Assembly: GCF_006345805.1 (NCBI RefSeq)
Contig: NC_043010.1
Location: forward strand, 18,228,001 to 18,292,000
Length of the DNA: 64,000 bases
Direction: 5' to 3'
From: Octopus sinensis
Lineage: Eukaryota
Positions 25,329 through 37,945 of this stretch are shown here, one piece after another. The position numbers and the translations under genes are program-made. Every line of letters starts with the position of its first letter. Within the stretch, counting starts at the first letter, position 1. The notes below the pieces were generated by a model. The model made no database searches. It worked only from the letters and a program-made list of their open reading frames with translations, and was not told the origin of the DNA.

Positions 25329-26484
25329 CTTTGGTTAATTAAAATTAAGGTCAATATAGATCAGTGGTTCTTGATTAGGGTCCACATAATATTTTTTTTA
25401 TTAAAGCTTACAATAAATTGGTTATAGATATTTCTACAATGCACAAAATATTTCAACAATTCTCTTTTATAGAATTCCTGATAATATCTAATTACAAAAA
25501 TATAAAGGGATTGTTTAAACACTGAATGGCTTTGAGGGTCCTTGAGAGCAAAATAGGAATCATAGGGGTCCAAGGGTAAAAAAAAAAAGGGTTGAGAATC
25601 ATCAATAAAAAAAAAAAAAGAAATCACAGCCGACCAACATGGCAGGATTCTTTATTCTCAGATAAAAATTTGAAGGAATTTGTGGCATAAAAATGGTTCT
25701 GAGTCCATCAACAACAACTTGCAAATGTTTAACCCTTTTGATACCAACCCGGCTGAAACCACCTCTGGCTCTGTAGTACAAATGTCTTGTTTTCTAAAGT
25801 TTTGAATTAAAATCTTTTGAAACCTTAGTCACAATTTATGTTCCTAATTCTAGCTTAATGATAACTAAGTTATTTTACTAAATTCTCTGTTATATTTGAA
25901 ATAAGTTGAAAGAAACACAGAGCATCTCAACAGAAATATGGTAACAAAAGGGTTAAGTGACCAAATCCTCTCAACTGAATCAGATATCATGATAGGCACA
26001 GCCCACCTAGCTGTAAAGAGGTACCATGTGGTAGAGACTGTCCATCTTGCAGCAATTAAGTATCGTGCAGTAAGTACAGACTAGCTAGCTGCAAACAGAT
26101 ACCAAATGATAACACAGCCCACCCAGCTGCAAATAGGTAACAAATAGTGGTACAGGCACCATGTGGTACTACAGGCCACCAAGTTGTAAAGAGATACTCC
26201 AATTATTAAAAGTGGAGTTGTTTAGCAGATGCATGATCAAAGACATTCTAGATGTGACTACCATGTTTGGTTAGAGATATGTAGCACTTCATTATAGAAT
26301 GGGTCCTTGTTTTAAGACAACAGAGAGTGATTCAAGGAAGAGTTGTTTGCCATTTCTAGCATAAAGACTTTTCTACTGGTGTTATTACACAGGGAGAGGT
26401 AAAAGGAATGAAGCCAAAAGAGAGAGAGGTGGGTGGAGGGGGAAGAAGGAGAGTATGAAACGAAGAGTAAGGAGCCAAGGATAC
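25329..26484 (-). other. WDR6: U12-type GT-AG intron (WDR6 intron 19)
   Basis: Donor GTATCCTT; ACCTTAAT branch-like motif at 25344-25351; purine-rich acceptor ccaaag. Confidence 0.75.
25733..25952. mobile_element. piggyBac-type MITE
   Basis: TTAA|CCCTTTTG...CAAAAGGG|TTAA. Confidence 0.8.
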
Positions 26485-26553
26485 TGAAGTTGAGGTGAAA
26501 GAGTTGAAGTGAGGTGTCTTCACTGCAGCTAATACAGAAATGGTGGCTGACAT
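26485..26553 (-). CDS. WDR6: WDR6 exon 19 (DVSHHFCISCSEDTSLQLFHLNF)
   Basis: ISCSEDT versus human ITCSEDT; followed by the U12-type donor GTATCCTT. Confidence 0.9.
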
Positions 26554-27329
26554 CTGCAAAAGAAAGAAAGAAAGATTTCATGTTGAAGAAGACTCACATT
26601 CCCCTCCTGCATCATCATCATCATCAGTTACTTTTGTTGATGTTTTTATTATTGTTGTTGTTATTTAAGGTGACGAGCTGGCAGAGTCGTTAGCATGCCG
26701 GGCAAAATGCTCAGCGACATTTCATCCGTCTTTATGTTCTGGGTTCAAATTCCACTGAGGTCAGCATCGCCTTTCATCCTTTCGGGGCTTGATAAATTAA
26801 AGTACCAGTGAGACACTGGGGTCAATGTAATCGACTTAATCCCCTCCCCCAAGCTGCCCTTGTGACAAAAATTTAAAATCATTATTATTATTATTATTAT
26901 TATTATGAGTGAGAGAGCAGTGCCTGCCACCAAAGTGAAGCTGGGGTACAAATATATGAAGCCCAATAACCCAATCATGAGTACCCATTTGATAAAGGTA
27001 CACCAGGCAGATGCATCACGACCACATGTGCATGACATGGTGACCTTGGTTACAAACTGACTTTCTAGTTTGTAATCTAGAAGAGGCATTTGGAAAGGCA
27101 TCACAACTGATGTGCTGGCAGCAAGACTGTTGATTGTTTCTCCAATGATAAACATGAAGGTTGTAGTGTTAGAGTTAGGGCATGTACTCTAAGGAACAAA
27201 AAGCTGTTTGATGGCCCCAGGGAGGGGCGCAGAGGTGCAATGCAGTAACAAAGCCACACTTCAGTCTTTGATGGATCAGGAGGGGTGTGTGCCACTTGAT
27301 TCCCAGTTGATACGAACACCTCACACTAC

Positions 27330-28400
27330 GTCAAAGTGGGTGGGACTCTGATCAATGTGGATCAGTCAAAAGCTTTTGATAATAGGGTCCACCATTAGTA
27401 CTCAGCAGCAGTCCTCAGGGTGGCTGGTTTTAAGGTCGATTTTCAGAACCAGTGACATTTGCTTGGTGGTCAGAATAAGGCCAACTGTTGAAATTGTTCT
27501 GTATTATGCATTCAGTCCATTAAGGGTGCCCTCTCTCTCCCCTTTTGAACATGTTGACCCAACAGCCACTGCTGCAAAAGTTCAGGTTTTGAGGGGCATC
27601 ACATAAGAACTAGGATGTGGAAGATCCATGTTTGCATATGTAGACAATGTCAGACACCAAAAATATTGAGGTGATTGGCATCACTCTGAAGGAATACAAG
27701 GCAGTGACAGGATCAAAAATTAACCAGGAGAGTTATGGGGTCTACAACTTGGTACCAGGCGAGGAAGGTCCATGCCTTCCAACATCATGGAACATTGGAC
27801 AAATGGACTGGTTAAATGGCTTGGAACTTGGTTTGGTCTAGACCTCCAGGTGGACAAGAACTGGGAAACATACTTCATGACTGACCATAATGAAGTGTTT
27901 ATTGTTCTGCTTTCTGTGGAGTGTGTGTGTGTGCATGTGGTGTTTCACTGGTCACTCAGTCCATTTGCTGTCAATGTCTGCTACTGTAGAGAGGACTAGG
28001 CAATGCCGGGGTCAATGATCCACAGATATGTGCTGAGGCTGTGACATTTCCAGCATTTCCTGGATCAAGTGTAGACCAAGGTCGGGTGCTATCGGGTGCT
28101 CACAGCCTTCTGCCAGATGGGTAATGCAGTCAGTGGATATTCCTCTCTGGTGCTCTTATAGAGGATTAATGGTGGGTAAGAATGAAGACGTCCTTGGGAA
28201 AATTCTGGGCATTGATGAAAATCAACGAGCTGGTCTTTTCCTAAGGACTTTTGAGTTGAGGTCCAAGGATAATTTCCAGAAATGTCTGGCCTGGCATTGA
28301 CACTAGGGGGCATTGCCAGTTAGGAATGAAGTCTATAGGCATCGTCCTACCATCAGCCATGTGTGAAAGAATAACAAAACCATTCTGTAGATGCTCATAC
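27330..28400 (+). mobile_element. Decayed Tx1/L1-clade RT fragment
   Basis: LINVDQSKAFD, GCPLS, AYVD, GSKINQ and LGTWFGLDLQVDKNW remnants. Confidence 0.65.
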
Positions 28401-28481
28401 AATGCTCAAGAACCGTTGACATATGGAGTTATGCCAAACAGCTTCTTTCATGCGTGGGACAGCATAAAATAAATGTTTTAC

Positions 28482-28548
28482 CTGAATGTCGTGTCAATGT
28501 TGATGATATATGTTTGATGTCCAGCATCTGACGTCCATGGTGGCTTTG
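28482..28548 (-). CDS. WDR6: WDR6 exon 18 (QSHHGRQMLDIKHISSTLTRHS)
   Basis: HGRQM versus human LHGREI; phase 0-1. Confidence 0.88.
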
Positions 28549-28712
28549 CTAGAGTAGTGGGAGGAGGAAAGAAACGAGAAGAGAAAGAGTGGTGAATACT
28601 AGTGGAGAATTTGTAGCAATGATGATGATGATGGTGGTGACAAGATGAATGATGGTGGTGGTGGTGATGGTGATATGAAACATCCCAGAATATACAGTTG
28701 ATGTTGCCTTAC

Positions 28713-28889
28713 CTTTAAAACCAATGTTGGTCGGATCGACGCTCTGCATATGACAATGTCTTGAACCTTAATATACACAAAGTGAACCAGATCATTCCTT
28801 AACAAACAGCTCCAACTGCGATGGCCACCCCCACAGGGTATTTCCAGAAGTTTCTCAGATTTGCTACAATTCCACAATATGAAATTCAC
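28713..28889 (-). CDS. WDR6: WDR6 exon 17 (VNFILWNCSKSEKLLEIPCGGGHRSW...TLVLK)
   Basis: CGGGHRSW signature identical to human WDR6. Confidence 0.96.
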
Positions 28890-29915
28890 CTGTTGGTACA
28901 AAAGACAAAATAAATGAGGGAGGTGCTATGTCACCAGTCAACCTGCTAGAAATCACAGTCAAATCTTCCTCAAATAACATTCTACACTCAATTTTGGTAG
29001 CTAAAACCCAGTGCCATAAACTTTGCTTGAATGACTCGGGCCATTTGTGCTCTTGGCATCCCTTTATGATGGAACAATGATTTAGAGTACAGACCCAGGT
29101 CCAATGTAAGATGTTCAAAGCCTTTTCATTGACCCTGTCCACCTCGCATCCTTTTCCAAAACCTATGTATTTCATATTTCACCAAACACAGAGCATAACT
29201 ATTTTGGGGTTGTAGTCCTGGTTTGGGAACGGATTCTCCTTTTTTAATGGGTGCCAACCATTGTTGCTTTTCCTTGGAGATGATTATAGGGAACCCACAT
29301 TTCATCACCTGTCATGATTCTACCCAGGAAAGGTTGGGTAGCAAGTCTATTCTTCAATGATGAGCAAAGGGCTTCTCTCTGATAAAGCTGAGAAGCAGTT
29401 TGATGATGAGACCCACTCACCCACTTTAGATGCTTTTCTTAGTTCATGAGGGTGCTTTATGACTAAAGTGTGACTTGAATCTAATTCTTTTGCTACTTCT
29501 CATGCAATTTGCTTTGGAATTTCCTCAAATACGATTTTCAGAAACTTAATTTCAACAGAATTTAGTCATCCAAATTAAGGGGATTCTGTGAGAGGAAAAT
29601 TTCCCAAGTAAAACTCACCAAACCATGTCCAGACACTTAAACCTCCATAGACAGAATGATTATTTCTTGCTGCTTCCATTGTTGAAGAACCCCTTTAGAA
29701 TTCATACCCTATGCAGTGTCAGGTAGGGGTTTGATCTAAACCCATTTGAAAAGGGTAAAACTCTATACAAATTTCACTTTTGCCGTTTAAAATAATCTGC
29801 AAACAAACATCAGAATCTAAAAATTAATGCTTAGTTTACCCTAAGTGTTTAAAAAGTAACCTTAAATCTACCATTTGACATTTCTCAATGCACAAATTAA
29901 ACAAAGAATACTTAC

Positions 29916-29987
29916 AGAATGAAAGCCAAACAAGAGTAACTCGTCTCCAAAAAGAAGTTTCTCAAACCAATCGAATCCTTTGTAGAT
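29916..29987 (-). CDS. WDR6: WDR6 exon 16 (IYKGFDWFEKLLFGDELLLFGFHS)
   Basis: AG/GT, phase 0-0; human RGMNWLAGLR...ILGFHA. Confidence 0.9.
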
Positions 29988-31146
29988 CTAAAGATGTAAG
30001 AGAGAGAGAGAGAGAGAGAAGAGGAATGAGTGGTGGTGCTCTAGTGAAGAGGGGTACATAGTATAGAGAAGGCGAGTAGGTATGCAGTGGCGGGGGGGTT
30101 GATGAAAGTGTGAAAGATTATCTCAGCAACAACAACCATCACCATAACAACACTATCAACACCACCACCACCAACCACACCAGGCACAAAACTGTAACAG
30201 CTTCTAAATAATCACTCCACCTGCTATAAAATAAATCAAATTCATCTTAATCAGATTTTAAAAATGACAGGCACATTTTATAATGTAGTCCTAGATACAT
30301 TATGCCTGAATAAAAGACAGGATAGTCACCAATGGAATGGTTTTGATCATAGGTCTGCTGGATCAAGATTGTCTTTCAAAAAAACAGACTGCACAACAAA
30401 GAAAGTTCAAACCCTGCCGATGTCAACTTTACCTTTCATCCTTTTGGGGTCAATAAATTAAGAACCAGTGAAACACTGGGGTCGATATAATCGACTAGTC
30501 CCCTCCAGCAAAATTTCAGGCCTTGTGTCGATAGTGGAAAGGATTATTATTATTATTACATATAAGGGTGGTGGATTGACAGAACTTTCACTGCAAACTG
30601 CATGCAGCAGTGAAGGCCAGATGCACAATCACATGCATATCATGTCTTCTTTCACTGCGCATCATCATCATTTAACGTCTGTTGTCCATGCTGGCATGGG
30701 TTGGACGGTTTGACAAGGCTGGAAAGATTGCTCTGGGCACCATTTGTTCTTCTTTGGCAAGGTTTCTATGCCTGGGTGCCCTTCCTATCACCAACCACTT
30801 TACAGACTGCTTTTTACATGGCACCAGCGTCCAACACTGTAGGTGTGTGAGAGTCCATAATATGACCACCTCTACTGGCTAGGCAGAGGAGGGCCATCCC
30901 TGGAAGTCCATATCTGCTGTTTATATCTCTGTGATAGTTCTGTTAGATCATGACAATGATGGAATCTTTATGTGATTGGTCAAGCTTCTAGAAATAGTAG
31001 CAAATCTACTGTTTTACCAAAGAAAAAATTCAGAAAAAAAAAACAGATGGGATGGCCATGGGTGGAATGTGTGTCATCATAAATCTGCTGAATCAGAGTT
31101 GACTTACATCCACTTATGACCACCCACTACTGACAACAATACCAAC

Positions 31147-31308
31147 CTTATTGTTATTCACAAGTTTTAAAGAGCCGTCCTCTGTCACCGTGTATTGCCG
31201 ATAACGTCCATCTCTCCCAGCCGTGTACAGGTAGTTGTTGTGGTAGCATACATCAGTGACACCTGCCTTGCCATGAAGTTTTGGAAAACGCTGTTCAGGG
31301 TGGCAAAG
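31147..31308 (-). CDS. WDR6: WDR6 exon 15 (LCHPEQRFPKLHGKAGVTDVCYHNNYLYTAGRDGRYRQY...)
   Basis: LHGKAGVT and YTAGRDG versus human LHGKQGVT and YTTGRDG. Confidence 0.95.
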
Positions 31309-31629
31309 CTGGGTAAAAGAAAGGGGTACAGAGTTATTGAATTTAAATTTGCCTGCTGATATTTACTCCCCCTCTTATTACCACCAACAGCACCTACACC
31401 ATTTCCCTGCCAGTGAATTCATCATTTCATTACTTTCATATAGTACCAGTAATACATAAACAATTCAATCAGCTGACTTCTCTCTCTCCTACAAGTCTCT
31501 AGGAAACTACGGAGACAGTTATTTACATTTATTGCTGTTGTTGTTGTTGTGCAATCAGTGACAGAATAGGCAGAGCTTTTCGACATTCTGTTTCGCCCTG
31601 ATGCTAATGAGGTTGACTTGGTCATAAAT

Positions 31630-32095
31630 CATCATCGTTTAACGTCAGCTTTCCATGCTAACATGGGTTGGACGTATGACTGAGGGCTGGTGAACCAGAT
31701 GGCTGCACCAGGCTTCAATCTTGATCTGGCAGAGTTTCTACAGCTGGATGCCCTTCCTAAAGTCAACCCGAGAGGGTAGTGGGTGCTTTTACGTGCCACC
31801 GGCAAGGGGGCCAGTCAGGCGGCACTGGCAACGACCTTGCTCGAATCTTTTACACATGCCACCGGCACAGGTGCCAGTAAGGCGATGCTGGTAATGATCA
31901 CGCTCAAATGTTGCTCTTAATACCCTACAAGCACGGGGCTCGAGTGCCAGTAATGCGACGCTGGTAACGATCACACTCAAATGGTGCCTTTTAAGTGCCA
32001 CTGGCACGGAAGCCGGTTAGCCGCTCTGTCAATGATCACACTTGTATGGTGCTCTTTGCACCCCGCTAGCATGGACGCCAGTCATTGATTTTGAT
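31630..32095 (-). repeat. (GAT)n-tailed repeat copy with internal tandem units of about 60 bp
   Basis: Consensus head plus repeated gtgccaccggcac...aacgatcac units. Confidence 0.8.
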
Positions 32096-32852
32096 TTTTG
32101 ATAGATACCAGTTATATATCTGGGTCAATATAATTAGCAGGCAGAACCATTAGCATGCCAAGCAATGCATTGGGGGTATTTCATCCATTTTTATGTTCTG
32201 CGTTCAAACTTCATTTAGGTCAACTTTGTTGCCAATGAAATAAGGAGCAGTTGATCCTTGGGGTAGATACAATCAATTTAACCCTCCTCAAAAATTTCAA
32301 GCCTTGTGCTTTATTACTAGAAGGAATTGCATGCTGGGCAAAGGTCTGTCCTTAGGTTCTGAGTTCAAATCCTGCCGAGGTCAACTTTGCCTTTCATACT
32401 TTTGGGGTCAATAAATTAAGTACCAGTGAAATACTGGGGTTGATGTAATCGACTCATCCCCTCCCACAAAATTCCAGGCCTTGTGTCTTTAGTAGAAAGG
32501 ATTATTATAACTATAATAATAATAATTATTATTATTACATATAAGGGTGGTGGATTGACAGAACTATGAGAACAATGGACAAAATACTATGAGGTATTGT
32601 CTTCGGTAAATCTCACTAAGGTCAGCTTTACTTTTGATCCTTTTTGGGGTGGGGTCATCAAAATAAAAGGGCCAGTCAAGTACTGGGGTCACTTTAATCA
32701 CCTCAAAATTGTCAGCCTTGAATCTAAATTAGAAAACATTCATTATTCTTATGAAAATGCCTGAAATCACAGACACAGAGAGAGAGAAAGGATGAAAGGT
32801 GAAGAGAGGGTGAAAGGGAGAGAGAGAGAGTGAAAAGGGAGAGATGCCTTAC

Positions 32853-33038
32853 CTGATCAGTAGATTTCCCAAAGGGATACACATAGAGGGAGCCATTGCG
32901 ATCACCACAAACCATTTGGAGATCTCCTGGAAGTAAACAGGCCGCAGTAATCCACCGATGTTTGCAGGGAGGAAGGCAGAATTCTTGTAATTTTGCCAGT
33001 GTTGGCATCAAACTGCTTCTGTGGAGTTTCCAGACGGA
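32853..33038 (-). CDS. WDR6: WDR6 exon 14 (SVWKL...LPPCKHRWITAACLLPGDLQMVCGDRNGSLYVYP...)
   Basis: LPPCKHRW and VCGDRNGS versus human LPPSKQRW and VCGDRRGS. Confidence 0.95.
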
Positions 33039-33129
33039 CTGAAGAGACAGGAAAAAAGGGAAAACTGTGACATTATAGGGGGGACGATGACATAGACATT
33101 GATTTTTAATAGGTCCTGGCAGATAGGGA

Positions 33130-33955
33130 CATCATCATCATCATCATCATCGTTTAACGTCCGCTTTCCATGCTAGCATGGGTTGGACGGTTCAACTGGG
33201 GTCTGGCAAGCCCGAAGGCTGCACCAGGCCAGTCAGATCTGGCAGTGTTTCTACAGCTGGATGCCCTTCCTAACGCCAACCACTCCGAGAGTGTAGTGGG
33301 TGATTTTATGTGCCACCGACACAGGTGTCAGACGAGGCTGGCAGACGGCCACGCTCGGATGGTGTTTTTTATGTGCCACCGACACAGGTGCCAGACGAGG
33401 CTGGCTGACGGCCACGCTCGGATGGTGTTTTCTTATGTGTCACCGACACAGGTGCCAGACGGGGCTGGCGGACGGCCACGCTCGGATGGTGTTTGTTACG
33501 TGCCCTCAGCACGGAGGCCAGTCGTTGCGGTACTGGCTACGATCACATTCGGATGGTTTTCTTATGTGCCACCGGCACTGGTACCACAAGGATACAAATT
33601 CCATTGATGTTCATCTATTTTGATTTGGTTCGATTTGATTTGATTTGATTCGATTCGATTCTCACTTGCCTCAACAGGTCTTCACAAGTGTCACAAGAAG
33701 GAAGGTATGCACAGGTGGACTGACTACGTCCCAGGTAGGGACCACGGATTATGGCTTCACTAGTCTTGCCGGGTCTTCTCACGCACAGCATACTTCCATA
33801 GGTCTCGGTCTCTAGTCATTTCCATGATGAGACCTAACGTCCGAAGGTCGTGCTTCACCACTTCGTCCCAGGTTTTCCTGGGTCTACCTCTTCCACGGGT
33901 TCCCTCAACTGCTAGGGATTGGCACTTTCTCACACACCTATCTTCATCCATATGC
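33130..33955 (-). mobile_element. RTE LINE 3' end: ORF2 C-terminus + long 3' UTR + (GAT)n tail
   Basis: ORF 33760..33951 GRGRPRKTWDEVVKHDL is contiguous with the abundant ...CCAACCCATGCTAGCATGGAAAGCGGACGTTAAACGATGATG repeat. Confidence 0.85.
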
Positions 33956-34470
33956 TAATTGCCAATGCGAAAGTGCATGGCTTGTGGTTATGGCATTCGG
34001 CTCACAATCGTTAGGTTGTGAGTTCAATTCCCAGTGGTGTGTTGTATCCTTGAGCAAGGTACTTTATTTTACGTCAAAAATGTTTTGAGTTCGTATGGGA
34101 GTTGTAAATGAATGTAGCTGTCATGCATGCTGTGTTCTTTGTTTTCCAATCTTCCATGAAAAACATGTCTGACCATGGGGGAAATATTATTTTCCTTGGA
34201 AACAGGTGAAGGTTGGTGACAGGAAGGGCATCCAACCATTGAAAAATCAGCTTCAGCAAATTCGATCCAACTACACAAGCGTGGAAAAGTGGACATTAAA
34301 ATAATGACGATGATGAACAAACAGCCCTTCAGACAAAAACCTGTCCAAACAATATTATTGCTGGGATTTTGGGTGAAGTGTTGCAGTGCTGAATGCATTT
34401 AGTACTTCAATGTTGTCATCTGCCCATCGTTCTCTTCCAGTTTTGTTTTTCATTTGGGCAGTGACATTAA

Positions 34471-34686
34471 CCCTTTCGTTACCAACCCGGCTGAAACCGG
34501 CTCTGGCTCTGAGTACAGATGTCTTGTTTTCATAAGTTTTGAATTAAAATCTTTCACCAAACCTTAGTCACAATTTATGTTCTTAACACTAGCTGAATGA
34601 TAACTAAGTTATTTTACTAAATTCTTTGTTATATTTAAAGTAATTGAAAAAAACACAGAGCATCTCAAAATACAGTAACGAAAGGG
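34471..34686. mobile_element. piggyBac-type MITE (same family as 25733)
   Basis: TTAA TSD and perfect 12-bp TIR CCCTTTCGTTAC. Confidence 0.85.
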
Positions 34687-35277
34687 TTAAGAGATGGGCC
34701 TGTCTGTCCAACGTTAGCTTTTTGATAGGACACCGTCTCTGGATGTGTGCTAAGGCTTCTTTCATATCATGGTTGCCTGAGGCTCACAGATCGACACAAT
34801 TGTTTAGGGTCCAGGTCACCTCTTTTTTTTCCGTGAGAGTTCTCTTAGAGAGTTCTCTTAGAGAGCATAAATGAATTTTTCCTCTGTTTCAAATGAAATA
34901 TGCAGTACTTTTCAATTTTATAATTTTATAATTGAACTTTTATAATTGAAATTTTATAATTGAACTTTTCAATTTTATAATTTATTTATTTTAAAAATTA
35001 TAATTGCTAGCAAGGATATAATATTTGGACTTGTGACCCTAATACACTAACATATTAAAGGTTTACAAGTCAATGCTGTGCCTTAGTTTTTGCGTTAGTT
35101 CTACAAACTCTTGAAATATGCATCTACACTCATCCCCTATTTAGTTCTGTCTTTGATCACACTGTTTACATGGACATATTCATATACGAATTGTCTTGTC
35201 TTGCAGTGCTGGCTCTTAATTTTATAGAAAATCCATAGAAAATAAACTTTAAAAGAATTGAAAACATAAATACAAAC

Positions 35278-35423
35278 CAGTGTACCAGTGTGTTCAGAGA
35301 CCAAAATCTGTGTGTCTGTCAACCAATGGATACTGTAGATCTTTCCGACAACTGAGATATAGAATGGCTGTGAAGTAAGGAAATTAGTGTTGCAGTGACA
35401 CAATTGTTTAGGGTCCAGGTCAC
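35278..35423 (-). CDS. WDR6: WDR6 exon 13 (GDLDPKQLCHC...GKIYSIHWLTDTQILVSEHTGTL)
   Basis: GKIYSIHW versus human GKVHSLSW; phase 1-0. Confidence 0.88.
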
Positions 35424-35695
35424 CTGTCAAAAACACAGAAAGAGATGAAACAATAGGATTCGTTGTTATAGTAGGTCTTCAACACTGGAATCTGATTGGA
35501 ATTCAATGATTCTTGTTTTGTTGTTAATGTTTAGCTGCTATTTCTGGCCAGAAATAAAGCATTTTTGCATAAAAAGTAAAAGTTTAGATATTGACAATTC
35601 TAAAAGTATTAATGTTTGCAATTGGTATGGGATGGGTGTGATTAACATGCATACTCACATGTGTGTATATATGTGTGTGTGTATATATATATATA

Positions 35696-36330
35696 ATCAT
35701 CATTGTTTAACGTCTGCTTTCCATGCTAGCATGGGTTGGACGATTTGACTGAGGTCTGGCAAACAAGATGGCTACACCAGGTTCCAATCTGATCTGGCAG
35801 AGTTTCTACAGCTGGATGCCCTTCCTAGCACCAACCACTCCGAGAGTGTAATGGGTGTTTTTAGGTGCCACCAGCACAAGTGCTAGTCAGGCGGTATTGG
35901 CAACGGCCACGCTCAAATGATGCTTTTTATGTTCCACCTGCACAGAGGCCATTCCAGCGGCACTGGCAACAACCTCGCTCGAATGGTTTTTCATGTGCCA
36001 CGAGGCACAAGTGCCAGTAAGGCGACGTAGATAACGATCACACTCGAATGGTGCTTTTTACATGCCACCAGCACAGAAGCCAGTTTGTTGCTCTGGCAAA
36101 CGATCATGCTCGGATGGTGCTCTTAGCACTCCACTAGCACAGATGCCAGTCATCGAATTTGATTTCGATTTCACTTGCCTCAACAGGTCTTCACAAGCAG
36201 AGTTTAGTGTCCAATGAAGGAAAGGTACGCATAAGAAGGCTGGTTATACCCCTGGCATAGGCCACGAGTTTATGGTCTCACTTGGGCTTGCTGAGTCTTC
36301 TCAAGCACAGCATATTTCCAAAGGTCCTGG
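35696..36330 (-). repeat. (GAT)n-tailed repeat copy (long)
   Basis: Same consensus, extends into the RTE 3' UTR segment. Confidence 0.8.
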
Positions 36331-37051
36331 TCACTATGATACACATATAAATATTATACACTTTATACTTACCGCACATACGCATATAAATATGAAAGAA
36401 AATTAGCAAAGAGAAGCAAAGACCACTGGTAATATTAACTTATATAATGACTGGTAGTGGTGGAGGCAATGACTGTGGTGCATGTACATACATACATATA
36501 CAAACACACATATACACACATGTAAAGAAGCATGCATACACACACATCATATCATCATTCTTCATGTTTTCCTTATTGTCCCTCTTGCAAACTGGCACGT
36601 TGGGTTGGATAGTCAGGCAGGATCTGGCAATCTGGACGACTGCATCATATTCCAGTGCCTTCTTTGGCATCGAAACAATTTGAATTAAAGAAACGGAACG
36701 ATAGCAGAATTAGATCCTAAACTCAACAGACACATTTGCCCAATCCCAGGCAAAATCAAAATCATTATTGTCCCCTCTGTGACTTCATAGCAAAACCCAT
36801 CCCTGGACTCAAATCACATTCATGCATCCATCACAAATGGATGCAGCTTCTTTTGTTTTAATTTTTTTTTTTTATCTTTTCCTTAAAACATTCATACGTT
36901 GAAATTCACGGAAGGGACCATCAATATTATTAAGGAACACTGAAGTTCAAAGGATGAAACTCCCCACCACAAATTACAAATGTCCAGACCATACCCTCCA
37001 CCCCAAAACCGAGTATTTAAAAGAGAAAGGCAGTGAAAGGAGGATACTTAC

Positions 37052-37206
37052 CTGTGGGTAAGATGACCACCACAGAACCATAGAGGTTGCCCATCGCAAT
37101 TGACTGAGTGTCATGTGACACTGCCAGGCAAGAATAAGACAGAAATGTGTCATCACCTCCGATGACTCTCCACTTGAGATGGGAGAGGCAATACATGAAG
37201 AGTAAC
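37052..37206 (-). CDS. WDR6: WDR6 exon 12 (LLFMYCLSHLKWRVIGGDDTFLSYSCL...GNLYGSVVVILPT)
   Basis: Inside ORF 37017..37244; phase 2-1; FLSYSCL versus human FQSYCLL. Confidence 0.88.
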
Positions 37207-37459
37207 CTGATGGGAGAGAGAGAGAGGAAAAGTGAGAATGACAAGTAGAGAGGAAGAGAGGGAGCTAGAGTTGATAGAGAAAGAGAGAGAAAACAATGTT
37301 AAAATGTAATCTTAATTGATTATAGGTTCAAACATTGAACTGAATGTTGTAGGGCTTATGCTTAGGTAAGAGACCAAACTTATATATATATATATATAAA
37401 ACTTACTTGGAAGGGGATGTATGGCATTCAATCATATAATAATATAAATAATATATATA

Positions 37460-37846
37460 TCTCTATATATATATAAACGGCAGTCTGTGTGTCTGTCAGG
37501 TTGTACCCTCACCCTGACTTTCAACCGATTCTGATGAAACTTGACACACACATAGCCCAATGTCATAATTCAAAACTAACGCAGCAAAAATTTTGAAAAG
37601 TTCCCCCAGTTCTGAAAAAAATCGATAAATTCGACATGGGGTCGAGAATCTAAGCTTTTTATATGCAACACATTTTCTGTCAGAGACAGCTAGGAACATC
37701 GTATACATAGAAGTATTCGAGTGAAGAGAAGACATTGCAACCTACACATGCGCCTTCGTTCCCTGGAGGGAAAGAACTAGATTGAGATTAGTCGTTGCCT
37801 ACTAGGGGCTCTTACATACCCGGGCAATGCCGGGCTATGCTGCTAG
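37460..37846 (+). mobile_element. Non-autonomous Helitron (second family)
   Basis: TCTCTATATATATATAAA start; cccgg-gcaatg-ccggg hairpin; CTAG|T end. Confidence 0.7.
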
Positions 37847-37913
37847 TATATAATAAATGTGCATATATACATATGTATATGTACATACTTACATCTATAC
37901 GTATATATATATA

Positions 37914-37940
<27 letters not shown>

Positions 37941-37945
<5 letters not shown>

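Noticed and set aside
33300-33623. Repetitive-peptide ORFs that might suggest a CRISPR-like array or a repeat protein
   Set aside because: The units are near-identical without unique spacers and belong to the RTE-tail repeat; the context is eukaryotic.
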